DNA of 63,069 nucleotides, the filler included, from Licmophora abbreviata (lineage: Eukaryota): the NCBI GenBank assembly GCA_900291995.1. It is 16 parts of 16 records of this genome, joined end to end, with 100 filler letters (N's around TTAATTAATTAA, not from the genome) between each part and the next. Parts side by side here need not be neighbours in the genome. Positions count along the whole stretch, not along the records: positions 1 to 11,556 come from OLMU01005131.1; 15 more parts are not named here. One strand, 5' to 3'. Positions 1 to 9,091 of this stretch are shown piece by piece (position 1 is the stretch's first letter; each line of letters starts with the position of its first letter). Below the pieces are notes generated by a model. It was not told the origin of the DNA. It did not search any database and saw nothing but the letters and a program-made list of their open reading frames with translations. The position numbers and the translations under genes were made by a program.

Positions 1-895
1 TGCCGCCCGCCTGCAACTCACCTTCGGCGATGATCTCGATCAGGCCACCGTGAGCGGCCGTCCCCGCAAACGAGCCACGCGCGCTGGCATTCCCGGACAC
101 GCGGGACGAGCCACCCGAGACAAGGCGGATCACGCCGTCACGGCCGATATTCACGCCGCCTGCCGTGGGCACGCCCTGCAGGTTGACCGACGGGCTGATG
201 CGACCGGGGGAGGTGCCGCTCTGCACATCGAGCCGCCCATCCACGATCATACGGGCGCCCGCACGCATGTCGAGCCGGCTCGCGTTGATCCGGCCCTGGA
301 TGTCGATCTGGCCTGTCGCGGACAAGGGTTCGTTCCCGGCGAACAGGATGTTGCTGGCCGATCCGGTGCCATTCGCCTCGTTGCGCAACTGGTCCATGAA
401 ATCTGTGGTCGGGGTGCTGAGCGTCAGCTGGCCGGCATTGATGACGCCGGTCGAGGACACGATGAAGCCATCCGAATTCAGGAGGTAGACATTGCCGCCA
501 ATGGTGGAGAGCCCGGGTGATCCAAGACGGGCATTCAAGGTTCCGGCAATCGTCGATGTGCCGCCCGAAATGATGTTGACCAGCGCTGTGGCCGTTGCAG
601 GCTGGTATAGATTGACCGTGTTTCCAAAGTTCACGTTGAATTGCGAGAACTGGTTGAAGGCCACGCCGCCCCGAATGTTCGAGGTGGTGACGTCAGTGAT
701 GGTTCCCGCGGTGGCAACACTCGTGTCGGGCGTCGCGGCGACGACCTGGGCCTGCGCGGGAAGGGGAAACGCCCCCGCCACCAGCGCAAATATCGACACT
801 GACCCGACAACATTACGCAACACTGGCAAGACGCGCGCGATGTAGGGAGCCCTGTGATGCGGAGGGGCTTTCCTGCTGGTCTTGCTCTGTGTCAT
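1..895 (-). CDS. Filamentous TpsA exoprotein, LktA (leukotoxin)-like/haemagglutinin family; N-terminal part only, runs off the window
   Basis: Absent from the ORF track because it has no stop in the window. My translation from ATG 895 (RBS GGAGGT) gives MTQSKTSRKAPPHH...FALVAGAFPLPAQA|QVVAATPDTSVATAGTITDVTTSNIRGGVAFNQFSQFNV...GNTVNLYQP...IGGNVYLLNSDGFIVSSTGVINAGQLTLSTPTTDFM. This is an extended signal peptide followed by a TPS secretion domain. The gene lies downstream of a TpsB gene. Confidence 0.85.
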   Translation of the reverse strand, partial: MTQSKTSRKAPPHHRAPYIARVLPVLRNVVGSVSIFALVAGAFPLPAQAQVVAATPDTSVATAGTITDVTTSNIRGGVAFNQFSQFNVNFGNTVNLYQPATATALVNIISGGTSTIAGTLNARLGSPGLSTIGGNVYLLNSDGFIVSSTGVINAGQLTLSTPTTDFMDQLRNEANGTGSASNILFAGNEPLSATGQIDIQGRINASRLDMRAGARMIVDGRLDVQSGTSPGRISPSVNLQGVPTAGGVNIGRDGVIRLVSGGSSRVSGNASARGSFAGTAAHGGLIEIIAEGELQAGG

Positions 896-957
896 GGCGG
901 ACCTCCCGGTCAGTCGAAAAGGGTGGAACCGGCCCCTTGGTGGGGCCGGCTCGGGCG

Positions 958-1485
958 TCAGGGACGCAGTTTCTCGATCGCCTCGGCAAAGCCGTCGATG
1001 CCGACGCTCAGGACTACGGGATCGCCGTCAGAGGTTTCGCGAAAACCGAACAGCAGTGCCTCGCTCTCGGCGAAGAGCGCCAGCTCTTCTTCGGAGAGCG
1101 GTGCTGCGGCTTCGCAGACCGTATCCGCGCAGCGCTGCCAGATCATGTTGCGCTGCTCGATCTCGTCATTTCCGGAAAAGCGATAGACGGCGCCACCCGG
1201 CAGGAAGACCCCCAAGGGCACCTGCGCCAGAAGGATCGCCCCATCCGAAACCGGCACGGCGATGAACCGTGCGATCATCTCGCCTGTATCGCGAAGGGAT
1301 TGTTCCTGCACCAAGCGGCATTGGGTCTGACTGATGGTGACCGCCTCGCAGACGACAACCCAGTCGCCCACCATCTGCCCATTGCGCATCTCTTCGGTCT
1401 CAGTCTGCGCGGCCTCCTGGGCCTGGGCAGTCGCCGCTATGCCGGCGGCGGCAATGATCCCAAAGATCATCGATGTCGTTTTCAT
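958..1485 (-). CDS. Invasion-associated locus B (IalB) family exported protein
   Basis: Signal peptide MKTTSMIFGIIAAAGIAATAQA. IalB-like pattern GDWVVVC...CRLVQE...QVPLGVFLPGG...QRCADTVCEA...GIDGFAEA. Confidence 0.8.
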   Translation of the reverse strand: MKTTSMIFGIIAAAGIAATAQAQEAAQTETEEMRNGQMVGDWVVVCEAVTISQTQCRLVQEQSLRDTGEMIARFIAVPVSDGAILLAQVPLGVFLPGGAVYRFSGNDEIEQRNMIWQRCADTVCEAAAPLSEEELALFAESEALLFGFRETSDGDPVVLSVGIDGFAEAIEKLRP

Positions 1486-1527
1486 CTCATTCTCCCTTTC
1501 GCGGGCCATCCTTGGCCCTCTTTCATG

Positions 1528-3069
1528 TCAAAAGCGAATATCCGCCCCCACGTAGAACTGGGCCTTGCCGGAATCTTTGAAGCCCAGTGTGTCCACGAGC
1601 GGCACACCCACCATGGCCACCAGATTGAAGCGTTCGCTGTATGAAATCGTGACCCCTGCCCCCACCGAGGCCAGCAGGTCCTGGTCGTTGTCGAAACCGC
1701 CCGCGGTGCGGAATGGCACCACGACCGCGGCGTCGAAGAAGACGAAGGGCCGCGCCGTGATCCGGTTGCCCAGGCGGACCGGGTTCTGCAAGGACACCTG
1801 CTGGTTCAGCACCACGCCGCTGTCGCCCGAGCGTATATTGTTGGGATAGCCCCGCACCGACCCCACACCGCCGACAGAGAAAAGCCGTGCGACCGGCAGG
1901 TTCTGATCAGGGGCATACTGATAGCGGAGATTTGCCTCGTAGAAGAGCGATCCCCCGACGGGGCGTAGATAGCTGCCCTGACCATAAAACAGCCAGAATG
2001 ACCCTTCGGTTTCGCTGGTCCCCAAGGCATCGGCATTGCCGGCCCGCAGCCCCAGGCTGAAGCTCAGCTGCGACTGTTTGAAACGACGCGTATAGGCGGC
2101 GGACACCCAGGCATCATTGATCGAGATATCGGCGAAGGGCAGTCCGGTCGTGGTGGATTCCGTCCGCTCATAGCCGATGCCGGCATCAAGGATGATATGG
2201 CTGTCCTCACGGATCCGGATCGGGCGGCGATAGCCGAGCGTCGCGCTCACACTGTCGGATTTGATGTCGATGGGAACCAACGGGCCGCTGATGATCTCGG
2301 AGTTTGAGACGCCGACTCCGGCCGTCACACGCCCGCCACCGGGCCCCACCGGGCGCGAATAGCCAAGCGAAAACGACCGCGCGCCTTCCGCGGCCTCGGC
2401 CTGCAGGGACAGGCTGTCGCGCACGCCAGTCACGCTGTTCCAGCGCAGGAAAACCGAACTGCGCAATTCGCCGGTTTCAGGGCGACCGAAATTGTCGACC
2501 GAGATCACCGTCTCGAACCGGTTGGGTTCCTCGATCTTGATCGTCGCATCTGTCGTGCCGGTCTCCTGCCCGGTTCCGAAACTGAGCCGGGGGCGGATGT
2601 CATGGGCCAGATCGAAAAGGATCAGATCGCGCTCGAGCTGGACGAAATCGGGCTTCTGTCCTTCCTGCAGGGACAGGTTGCGACGCAGGAACGCTTCGGA
2701 GGTGGTCCGGTTGCCCTCGACGATGACCCGGTCGACGACCGCCTCGACCAGCGCCACGCGCAGCACACCATCGCGAATTTCCTGTGGCGGGAGAACGGCC
2801 TGTGCCGTGGGCGCACCTGCCCCGAGGTAAAGCGCGTTGACCTCATCCACGAAACGCAGCAGGTCTTCGAAGGTGATCGGACGATTGACGTAACGCGCCG
2901 CGACCTCCTGCAATTCCTCGGGTTCGAGGTAACTCGACTCCTCGAAGGCGATCCCCGCAAGCGAAAAAGTCTGTGCCTGCGCGGTGGCGGGGGCCGCGAC
3001 CAGAAAGAAGGCAAAGGTTGCGAGCGCGCGCAGGGCGAGCCCCGCGTAAAATGGCGGGCCGTAGCTCAT
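1528..3069 (-). CDS. ShlB/FhaC/HecB family TpsB outer-membrane transporter
   Basis: Signal peptide, POTRA motifs (LPPQEIRDGVLRVALVEA), DNFG at the barrel start, VGGVGSVRGY loop motif and a C-terminal Phe. Confidence 0.92.
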   Translation of the reverse strand: MSYGPPFYAGLALRALATFAFFLVAAPATAQAQTFSLAGIAFEESSYLEPEELQEVAARYVNRPITFEDLLRFVDEVNALYLGAGAPTAQAVLPPQEIRDGVLRVALVEAVVDRVIVEGNRTTSEAFLRRNLSLQEGQKPDFVQLERDLILFDLAHDIRPRLSFGTGQETGTTDATIKIEEPNRFETVISVDNFGRPETGELRSSVFLRWNSVTGVRDSLSLQAEAAEGARSFSLGYSRPVGPGGGRVTAGVGVSNSEIISGPLVPIDIKSDSVSATLGYRRPIRIREDSHIILDAGIGYERTESTTTGLPFADISINDAWVSAAYTRRFKQSQLSFSLGLRAGNADALGTSETEGSFWLFYGQGSYLRPVGGSLFYEANLRYQYAPDQNLPVARLFSVGGVGSVRGYPNNIRSGDSGVVLNQQVSLQNPVRLGNRITARPFVFFDAAVVVPFRTAGGFDNDQDLLASVGAGVTISYSERFNLVAMVGVPLVDTLGFKDSGKAQFYVGADIRF

Positions 3070-3617
3070 TGCACGGTCTCCATCGTGTGGGCGAGTGCGG
3101 CCGAAAAACCCATCAGCGACGCTTGGATGCGGACAGGCGCAGTCGTGCTGCGCGGGCGATAGACGATCTGGGCCCGCGTGGCGCGGCGCAGGGCCATGAT
3201 GTGCGATGCGTCAAGATCCAGCGTCGCAAGGCAGGCTTGATCAGAGCACCGCTGAAATTCGGCCTGACGCGGCTTGCCCTTGCCCACAGCGATGAAAAGT
3301 CCAGAGGCGAGGTGCACACCGGGCGGCACGAGGATCTTCATGATGCCAGAGGTGCCGTCCGCTTCGGGATCTACAAGCAGACCGGCCAGCCAGGCATTCT
3401 TCGCATCCGCCACATTCGTCGCCAGCATGCAACCGGACCCGGCACCCGGACAGTCGGACCGCCAATCGCGGAACGTCTCGGCGAAAGCCGCAGCGGACCA
3501 CGCCACCATCGCCAGTGCCAAGAATGGCAGCCCCAGGAACACAGAACCGAAGCAGCGCAGCACCGCTGGCGATGCCGCGGCCTTGGCCGTGGCAAATGTG
3601 GTCAAGCTTGAAACCAT
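3066..3617 (-). CDS. Second IalB family exported protein
   Basis: ETFRDWRSDC...CML...VPPGVHLASG...FQRCSDQACLA...SLMGFSAAL. Its stop overlaps the tpsB start by 4 nt. Start codon uncertain. Confidence 0.75.
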   Translation of the reverse strand: MVSSLTTFATAKAAASPAVLRCFGSVFLGLPFLALAMVAWSAAAFAETFRDWRSDCPGAGSGCMLATNVADAKNAWLAGLLVDPEADGTSGIMKILVPPGVHLASGLFIAVGKGKPRQAEFQRCSDQACLATLDLDASHIMALRRATRAQIVYRPRSTTAPVRIQASLMGFSAALAHTMETVQ

Positions 3618-4202
3618 TACCCTACGCAACTTTTGAACACTAACCCTATCAATAGGGCACAGATAGTATCTTTTGTCTATCCGTGGGAATTGTCACGTGT
3701 AGCCGGTTGGGTACAGCAAGCCTAATTAAGTCCGACTTATACGAGGAAACTCTGGATAAAGCCGGGCGCTTGGGACGATCCGCATTGACCTCAATCGGAG
3801 AATTTTTCAACCTATTGAAGAATAGTGAAATTCAAGACTACCTCAATATTGCATACCGCAGCATACAAATACAAGGTCCGGTTCATCACCATGATTCGGG
3901 TGTGAGGCGCCCACCAAGAGACGCGCCGGAGGGTCTCGGAACCTGCAGTGCCGGACGTGTGCAACAGGCCGCCGAAAAGGTCCCCAAATCGGAACACTGT
4001 GCCATCATCAGGGCCGCGTTGCCCGATCGCGCTGCCCGTTGGAACGCTCAATGTATGCGCCGGGGGCCGTTTCTGCGCATCATGAGGTCAGCAAACGGGG
4101 CAGTCTTGCAAGGGTGTTGGCTGCCTTCGTCAGAACGAACTGCAACCGCAGAGCGACGGCAGACATATGTGCCGAGACGCTCCTTGCAGCGGGTGTAACG
4201 CG

Positions 4203-4454
4203 TCACACTTCTGGTGCGTGCGGGTCGGGGATCACGCCGGCCCGGTCTTCGCGGGTATGATCGAAATCTGGGTCATGGCGTTTGATCCGGCGCGAGACCA
4301 GATAGGCCGTGGGCCAAGCCAACAGAAATCCGATGGCCGCCGCCGTACCGATCACCGGCCAGCCATAATACCCCATGCTCATCGCGGCGATGACAAGCAC
4401 GCCTGTGGTGACGGGTCCGGTGGCGAGGGTGAGAAACAAGCTCAATCTGTCCAT
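4203..4454 (-). CDS. Small hypothetical membrane protein with two predicted TM helices
   Basis: 83-aa ORF with an AGGAGG RBS and two hydrophobic segments. Confidence 0.7.
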   Translation of the reverse strand: MDRLSLFLTLATGPVTTGVLVIAAMSMGYYGWPVIGTAAAIGFLLAWPTAYLVSRRIKRHDPDFDHTREDRAGVIPDPHAPEV

Positions 4455-4669
4455 AGCATGCCTCCTTTCGTCATCTGTATGATGTGGGAAGAGGGCTCGG
4501 CGCTGTCAGGGGGCGGTCACACAAGTGTGAAGTTTTGCTTGCGCGATGAGTTGTCTGGCGCGGTTTGCGCTGGTGCCATGATCGGCAAATCCCCGCCGGG
4601 TGCCTTGACGCAGCGCCGGGACAGACCCCACGTGATGGGTTGAGACCATGACAGATCAAGGAGAGGCGC

Positions 4670-4780
4670 ATGATGCGACTGCTGATGATCGTGCCGTTGG
4701 TGGCTGGCCTGGCCGGTTGCGAGACGGCGGAAGGATTTACCGAGGATGTGGAGAGCGCCACGGAAGCGGTGATCGACTGA
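4670..4780 (+). CDS. Entericidin A/B-like small lipoprotein (36 aa)
   Basis: Below the ORF-track cutoff. MMRLLMIVPLVAGLAG|CETAEGFTEDVESATEAVID has an LAGC lipobox, an entericidin-like C-x-T-x-x-G-x-x-x-D pattern and an AAGGAGAGG RBS. Confidence 0.75.
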   Translation: MMRLLMIVPLVAGLAGCETAEGFTEDVESATEAVID

Positions 4781-4847
4781 CAGATCGCCCGTGACGAGCA
4801 GCCCCAAGGCGCTGCGCATGGAGCGACAGACAGAAAGGAGTGTCACA

Positions 4848-4991
4848 ATGACCCGAACAGGATTGATCGCGCTGGCCTTTGCCGGCAGCTTGCCCATGCT
4901 GAGCGCCTGTGGCCCACTGGTGGGCGCAGGGGCTGTAGTGGCCGCCGATACGGTGGTTGAGGAACAGGAGGGCGGCGAAGGGCTCTTTTGA
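4848..4991 (+). CDS. Small lipoprotein (47 aa)
   Basis: MTRTGLIALAFAGSLPMLSA|CGPLVGAGAVVAAD... has an LSAC lipobox and an AAAGGAG RBS. Confidence 0.7.
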   Translation: MTRTGLIALAFAGSLPMLSACGPLVGAGAVVAADTVVEEQEGGEGLF

Positions 4992-5040
4992 CGAGCGGCG
5001 CGCAGTTGGCGAGCGGGGGGCGACCCCGCCTGCCACAGGC

Positions 5041-6840
5041 TCAATCGTCCATCTTGAGGGCAGAGATGAACGCCTGCTGGGGGATTTCCACCTTGCCGAA
5101 CTGGCGCATCTTCTTCTTGCCGGCCTTCTGCTTTTCCAGAAGCTTTTTCTTGCGGGTCACGTCGCCACCGTAACATTTGGCGGTCACGTCCTTGCGCATC
5201 GCCGAGAGCGTTTCACGGGCGATGACCTTGCCGCCGATCGCCGCCTGAATCGGGATCTTGAACATGTGACGCGGGATCAGGTCCTTGAGCTTTTCGCACA
5301 TGGCGCGGCCCCGCATTTCGGCGCGGTCGCGGTGGACCATCATCGACAGGGCATCAACCGGCTCATCATTGACCAGCACGCTCATCTTGACGAGGTAATC
5401 CTGACGGTAGCCCATGATCTCGTAATCGAAGCTGGCATAGCCCTTGGTCACCGATTTCAGGCGATCATAGAAATCGAACACAACCTCGTTGAGCGGCAGA
5501 TCGTAGACCGCCATCGCCCGGCTGCCCGCATAGGTCAGGTCCATCTGGATGCCGCGCCGGTCCTGACAGAGCTTGAGCACATCGCCCAGATACTCGTCCG
5601 GCACAAGGATCGTCGCCTTGATGCGCGGCTCCTCGATATGGTCGACATAGGTCAGATCGGGCATGTCGGCGGGGTTGTGCAGCTCCTTCATGGAGCCGTC
5701 TTTCATGAAGATGTGATAGACGACCGAAGGCGCGGTGGTGATCAGTTCGATATCGTATTCACGTTCGATGCGGTCGCGGATCACCTCGAGATGCAGAAGC
5801 CCGAGAAAGCCACAGCGGAAGCCGAAGCCGAGGGCTGCGGAATTCTCCATCTCGTAGGAAAAGGAGGCGTCGTTGAGGGCCAGTTTCTCGATCGCGTCGC
5901 GCAGGCTTTCGAATTCGGCGGAATCGACCGGGAAGAGGCCACAGAACACCACCGGAACCGAAGGCTTGAAGCCCGGCAGAGCGGTTTCGCAGCGGCGCCG
6001 GTCATGCGTGATCGTGTCGCCCACCTTGGTGTCGCGGACCTGTTTGATCGAGGCGGTGATGAAGCCGATCTCGCCAGGGCCAAGCTCGTCCACCACGGTC
6101 ATGGCGGGGCGGAACACGCCGATGCGGTCCACGTTATAGGTGGCTGCGGTCTGCAGCATATGGATGCGGTCGCCCTTTTTCATGACCCCGTCCATAATGC
6201 GCACCAGCACCACGACGCCCAGATAGGGATCGTATTTGCTGTCCACCAGCATCGCCTTGAGCGGCGCGTCGCGGTCGCCCTTGGGGGCGGGAAGATGGGC
6301 GACAATGGCTTCCAGAACCTCGCGGATGCCCTGCCCGGTCTTGGCGCTGACCGGGATAGCACCCGAGGCGTCGATGCCGATCACCTCTTCGATCTGCTCG
6401 GCGACGCGGTCGAGATCGCTGGCGGGCAGGTCGATCTTGTTGAGCACGGGGATCAGTTCGTGATTGGCGTCGATCGCCTGATAGACATTGGCGAGGGTCT
6501 GCGCCTCGACGCCTTGGGTGCTGTCGACCACCAGAAGCGAGCCTTCGACGGCGCGCATCGAGCGGGACACTTCGTAGGAAAAGTCCACATGGCCCGGCGT
6601 GTCGATCAGGTTGAGCACGTATTGCTGTCCGTCTTCGGCGGTGAAGTCGATGCGGACGGTGTTCGCCTTGATGGTGATCCCGCGCTCGCGTTCGATGTCC
6701 ATCGAGTCGAGAAGCTGTTCCTTCATGTCCCGTTCGGCCACCGTGTCGGTCATCTGGATCAGACGATCGGCAAGGGTGGATTTACCGTGGTCGATATGGG
6801 CCACGATCGAGAAATTGCGGATGTGCGAAAGCGGTGTCAT
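5041..6840 (-). CDS. lepA: Translation elongation factor 4
   Basis: [39 protein letters not shown] and [11 protein letters not shown] motifs. Confidence 0.98.
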   Translation of the reverse strand: MTPLSHIRNFSIVAHIDHGKSTLADRLIQMTDTVAERDMKEQLLDSMDIERERGITIKANTVRIDFTAEDGQQYVLNLIDTPGHVDFSYEVSRSMRAVEGSLLVVDSTQGVEAQTLANVYQAIDANHELIPVLNKIDLPASDLDRVAEQIEEVIGIDASGAIPVSAKTGQGIREVLEAIVAHLPAPKGDRDAPLKAMLVDSKYDPYLGVVVLVRIMDGVMKKGDRIHMLQTAATYNVDRIGVFRPAMTVVDELGPGEIGFITASIKQVRDTKVGDTITHDRRRCETALPGFKPSVPVVFCGLFPVDSAEFESLRDAIEKLALNDASFSYEMENSAALGFGFRCGFLGLLHLEVIRDRIEREYDIELITTAPSVVYHIFMKDGSMKELHNPADMPDLTYVDHIEEPRIKATILVPDEYLGDVLKLCQDRRGIQMDLTYAGSRAMAVYDLPLNEVVFDFYDRLKSVTKGYASFDYEIMGYRQDYLVKMSVLVNDEPVDALSMMVHRDRAEMRGRAMCEKLKDLIPRHMFKIPIQAAIGGKVIARETLSAMRKDVTAKCYGGDVTRKKKLLEKQKAGKKKMRQFGKVEIPQQAFISALKMDD

Positions 6841-6954
6841 GCGCAGGGATATGCGCCGCAATGCAGGCTTGGTCAATAGCTGGCGTCGGAGGATGGCAGG
6901 ACCGTGAACCGATTGCAGATGCGATGATGCAGACAAGACGCGAAAGGAGCGCAG

Positions 6955-7233
6955 ATGACGCAACCAATAGCCTTCCACGCCCGGATCACGGGCCGGGTTC
7001 AAGGGGTCGCCTTCCGGGCCTGGGTGCAGGCCGAGGCGCAGGGGCGCGGCCTAGCGGGATGGGTCAGGAACGAGGCCGATGGCGCGGTGACCGCCTTGAT
7101 CGAAGGACCGCCCGACGCCGTCCGGGAGATGCTCGATGCGTTACGTCAGGGCCCGGACAGGGCGCGGGTGGAGCGGGTGGAAACCGTGTCTGCAGCGCCC
7201 GACGGTCTGCAGGGCTTCGCGATCCGGCGCTGA
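6955..7233 (+). CDS. acyP: Acylphosphatase
   Basis: GRVQGVAFR and [11 protein letters not shown] motifs in a 92-aa ORF. Confidence 0.93.
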   Translation: MTQPIAFHARITGRVQGVAFRAWVQAEAQGRGLAGWVRNEADGAVTALIEGPPDAVREMLDALRQGPDRARVERVETVSAAPDGLQGFAIRR

Positions 7234-7284
7234 AGTTCCTTCGGAGCGTTGGTGGAAACTCGGACCCTACGCTGCGCGGTGGTG

Positions 7285-7330
7285 CCGGAAACTTGAAAAG
7301 TTTCCGGGGCGATTTCTTTTCAAGAAATCG
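7285..7330. repeat. Double palindrome between convergent acyP and gap (bidirectional terminator or dispersed intergenic repeat)
   Basis: CCGGAAACTT-GAA-AAGTTTCCGG followed by CGATTTCTT-TTC-AAGAAATCG. Confidence 0.6.
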
Positions 7331-7332
7331 GG

Positions 7333-8328
7333 TCAGCGCGCACCGATCAGGCGGGCCATGTCGAGCATGCGGCACGAAAAGCCCCATTCGTTGTCGTACC
7401 AGCCGAACACACGCAACAGACCGCCATTGGACACCGAGGTTTCCAGCCCGCTCATAATGACCGATTCGGGCCGGCTGCGCAGATCCGAGCTGACCAGGGG
7501 TTGCGTGGTCCAGCCGAAGACCGGCGAGCGGGCGGCGGCGTCCTGCAGAACCGCGTTCACCGCATCGCATGTGACCGGCGCACGGGTCTGCACCGTCAGA
7601 TCGAGGCACGATACGCTGGCGGTGGGCACGCGGATGGCCCGCGCCTCGATCCGGCCTTTCATATGCGGCAGAACAAGCCCGGTCTGATGCTGCGCGCTGG
7701 TGGTCGTTGGCACCATCGACAGGGCGGCGGCGCGGCTGCGTTCAAGTGCGCTGCGGGGCTTGTCCACCGTGGGCTGACTGCCGGTATAGCAATGCACGGT
7801 CGTCATCTGGCCACTGACGATCCCGAAGGCGTCATCGAGCAACCGTACCAGAGGTGCGAGGGCATTGGTGGTGCAGGAGGCGTTCGAGATGATCCGCTGA
7901 TCGGTCAGGTCGCCTTCGTTGGCGCCCAGAACCAGCGTCGCGTCGGCTTCGGCGGAGGGGCCGGAGACCAGCACCGCCGCGGCCCCTGCGGCCAGCCCGC
8001 GTTCGGCCATCGCCCGCGCGCCGCCCATACCGGTGCATTCCAGCACCACATCGACCCCCGACAGATCGAGCGTCCGAAGATCGGGTTCGGCGTGAAACGG
8101 GATCGCGCGGCCATCGACGTCAAGCACCCCCTGCCCCGACGTGACATCTCCGGGCCAGGGGCCGAAGACGCTGTCATACTGGAAAAGATAGGCGCAGGTG
8201 GGCAAGGGCTCGATCTCGTTGATCAGGACAAGCTCGATATCGGGCGCGTCGCGCAGCAGGATGCGCAGAAGCGTGCGGCCAATGCGGCCAAAGCCGTTGA
8301 TGGCGACGCGAAGAGGGCGGGTTGGCAT
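7333..8328 (-). CDS. gap: Type I glyceraldehyde-3-phosphate dehydrogenase family protein (divergent paralog)
   Basis: VAINGFGRIGR, ISNASCTTNALAP and WYDNEWGFS motifs. Confidence 0.9.
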   Translation of the reverse strand: MPTRPLRVAINGFGRIGRTLLRILLRDAPDIELVLINEIEPLPTCAYLFQYDSVFGPWPGDVTSGQGVLDVDGRAIPFHAEPDLRTLDLSGVDVVLECTGMGGARAMAERGLAAGAAAVLVSGPSAEADATLVLGANEGDLTDQRIISNASCTTNALAPLVRLLDDAFGIVSGQMTTVHCYTGSQPTVDKPRSALERSRAAALSMVPTTTSAQHQTGLVLPHMKGRIEARAIRVPTASVSCLDLTVQTRAPVTCDAVNAVLQDAAARSPVFGWTTQPLVSSDLRSRPESVIMSGLETSVSNGGLLRVFGWYDNEWGFSCRMLDMARLIGAR

Positions 8329-8420
8329 GTCAGGCTCCGATGCATTGGGCGGGGCGTGTCGATTTGGCGGCACTGTGGCGCGCGACCGCGCGAATGCCAA
8401 CCACGAAAACCGGAGCGGGT

Positions 8421-9086
8421 TCAGTCCTCGATCGGTGCGATCAGGTCGGCGCCCGAGGCGCGGTTGGAATTCACCGCCCGGTCGACGCGCCAGAAGGTCA
8501 GCGCATCTTCGGGCGCAGGCCGCATCAGCTTCGCCGCGCCATGCCCCGCCTCGCCCAGCCAGAGCGGCCAGTCGCCGGGATCGAGGATCACCGGCATCCG
8601 GGCGTGCAGAGCCTGCATCGGCGTGTTAGCGGCACAGGTCACGATGGCGCAGGTGGTCACCCGATCCTCGCCCTGCCCCCAGTCCTGATAGATCCCGGCA
8701 AAGGCGAGCGGGCTGTCATCGGCATGCTTGATGTACCACGGCAGTCGGCCCCCTTCGGCATCCTTGGTCCATTCGTAGAACCCGCTGGCCGGGATCAGGC
8801 AACGCCGATCCCGACAGGCGGCGCGGAAGGCGGGCTTTTCGGCAATGGTCTCGGAGCGGGCATTGATCACAAGCGGGCCATCGGTCGGGGTCTTGTACCA
8901 ATGTGGGATGAACCCCCACCGCATCGAGCCAAGGCGACGGCCTTCGGGGCCTGACGTCACGCTGTGGACGCGCGATGTGGGGCATATGTTGTAATCGGGC
9001 GTGTCCGGCAGATCATTGGCGGGGGCCGCCGCAAAGAGCCGCGCCATCGCGTCATTGGGCAGGGTCAGGGCGAAACGACCGCACAT
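8421..9086 (-). CDS. SOS response-associated peptidase (SRAP/YedK/HMCES family) abasic-site protection protein
   Basis: Starts MCGRF (Cys2). Contains INARSET, RRCLIPASGFYEW and HARMPVIL. Confidence 0.93.
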   Translation of the reverse strand: MCGRFALTLPNDAMARLFAAAPANDLPDTPDYNICPTSRVHSVTSGPEGRRLGSMRWGFIPHWYKTPTDGPLVINARSETIAEKPAFRAACRDRRCLIPASGFYEWTKDAEGGRLPWYIKHADDSPLAFAGIYQDWGQGEDRVTTCAIVTCAANTPMQALHARMPVILDPGDWPLWLGEAGHGAAKLMRPAPEDALTFWRVDRAVNSNRASGADLIAPIED

Positions 9087-9091
9087 CACGC

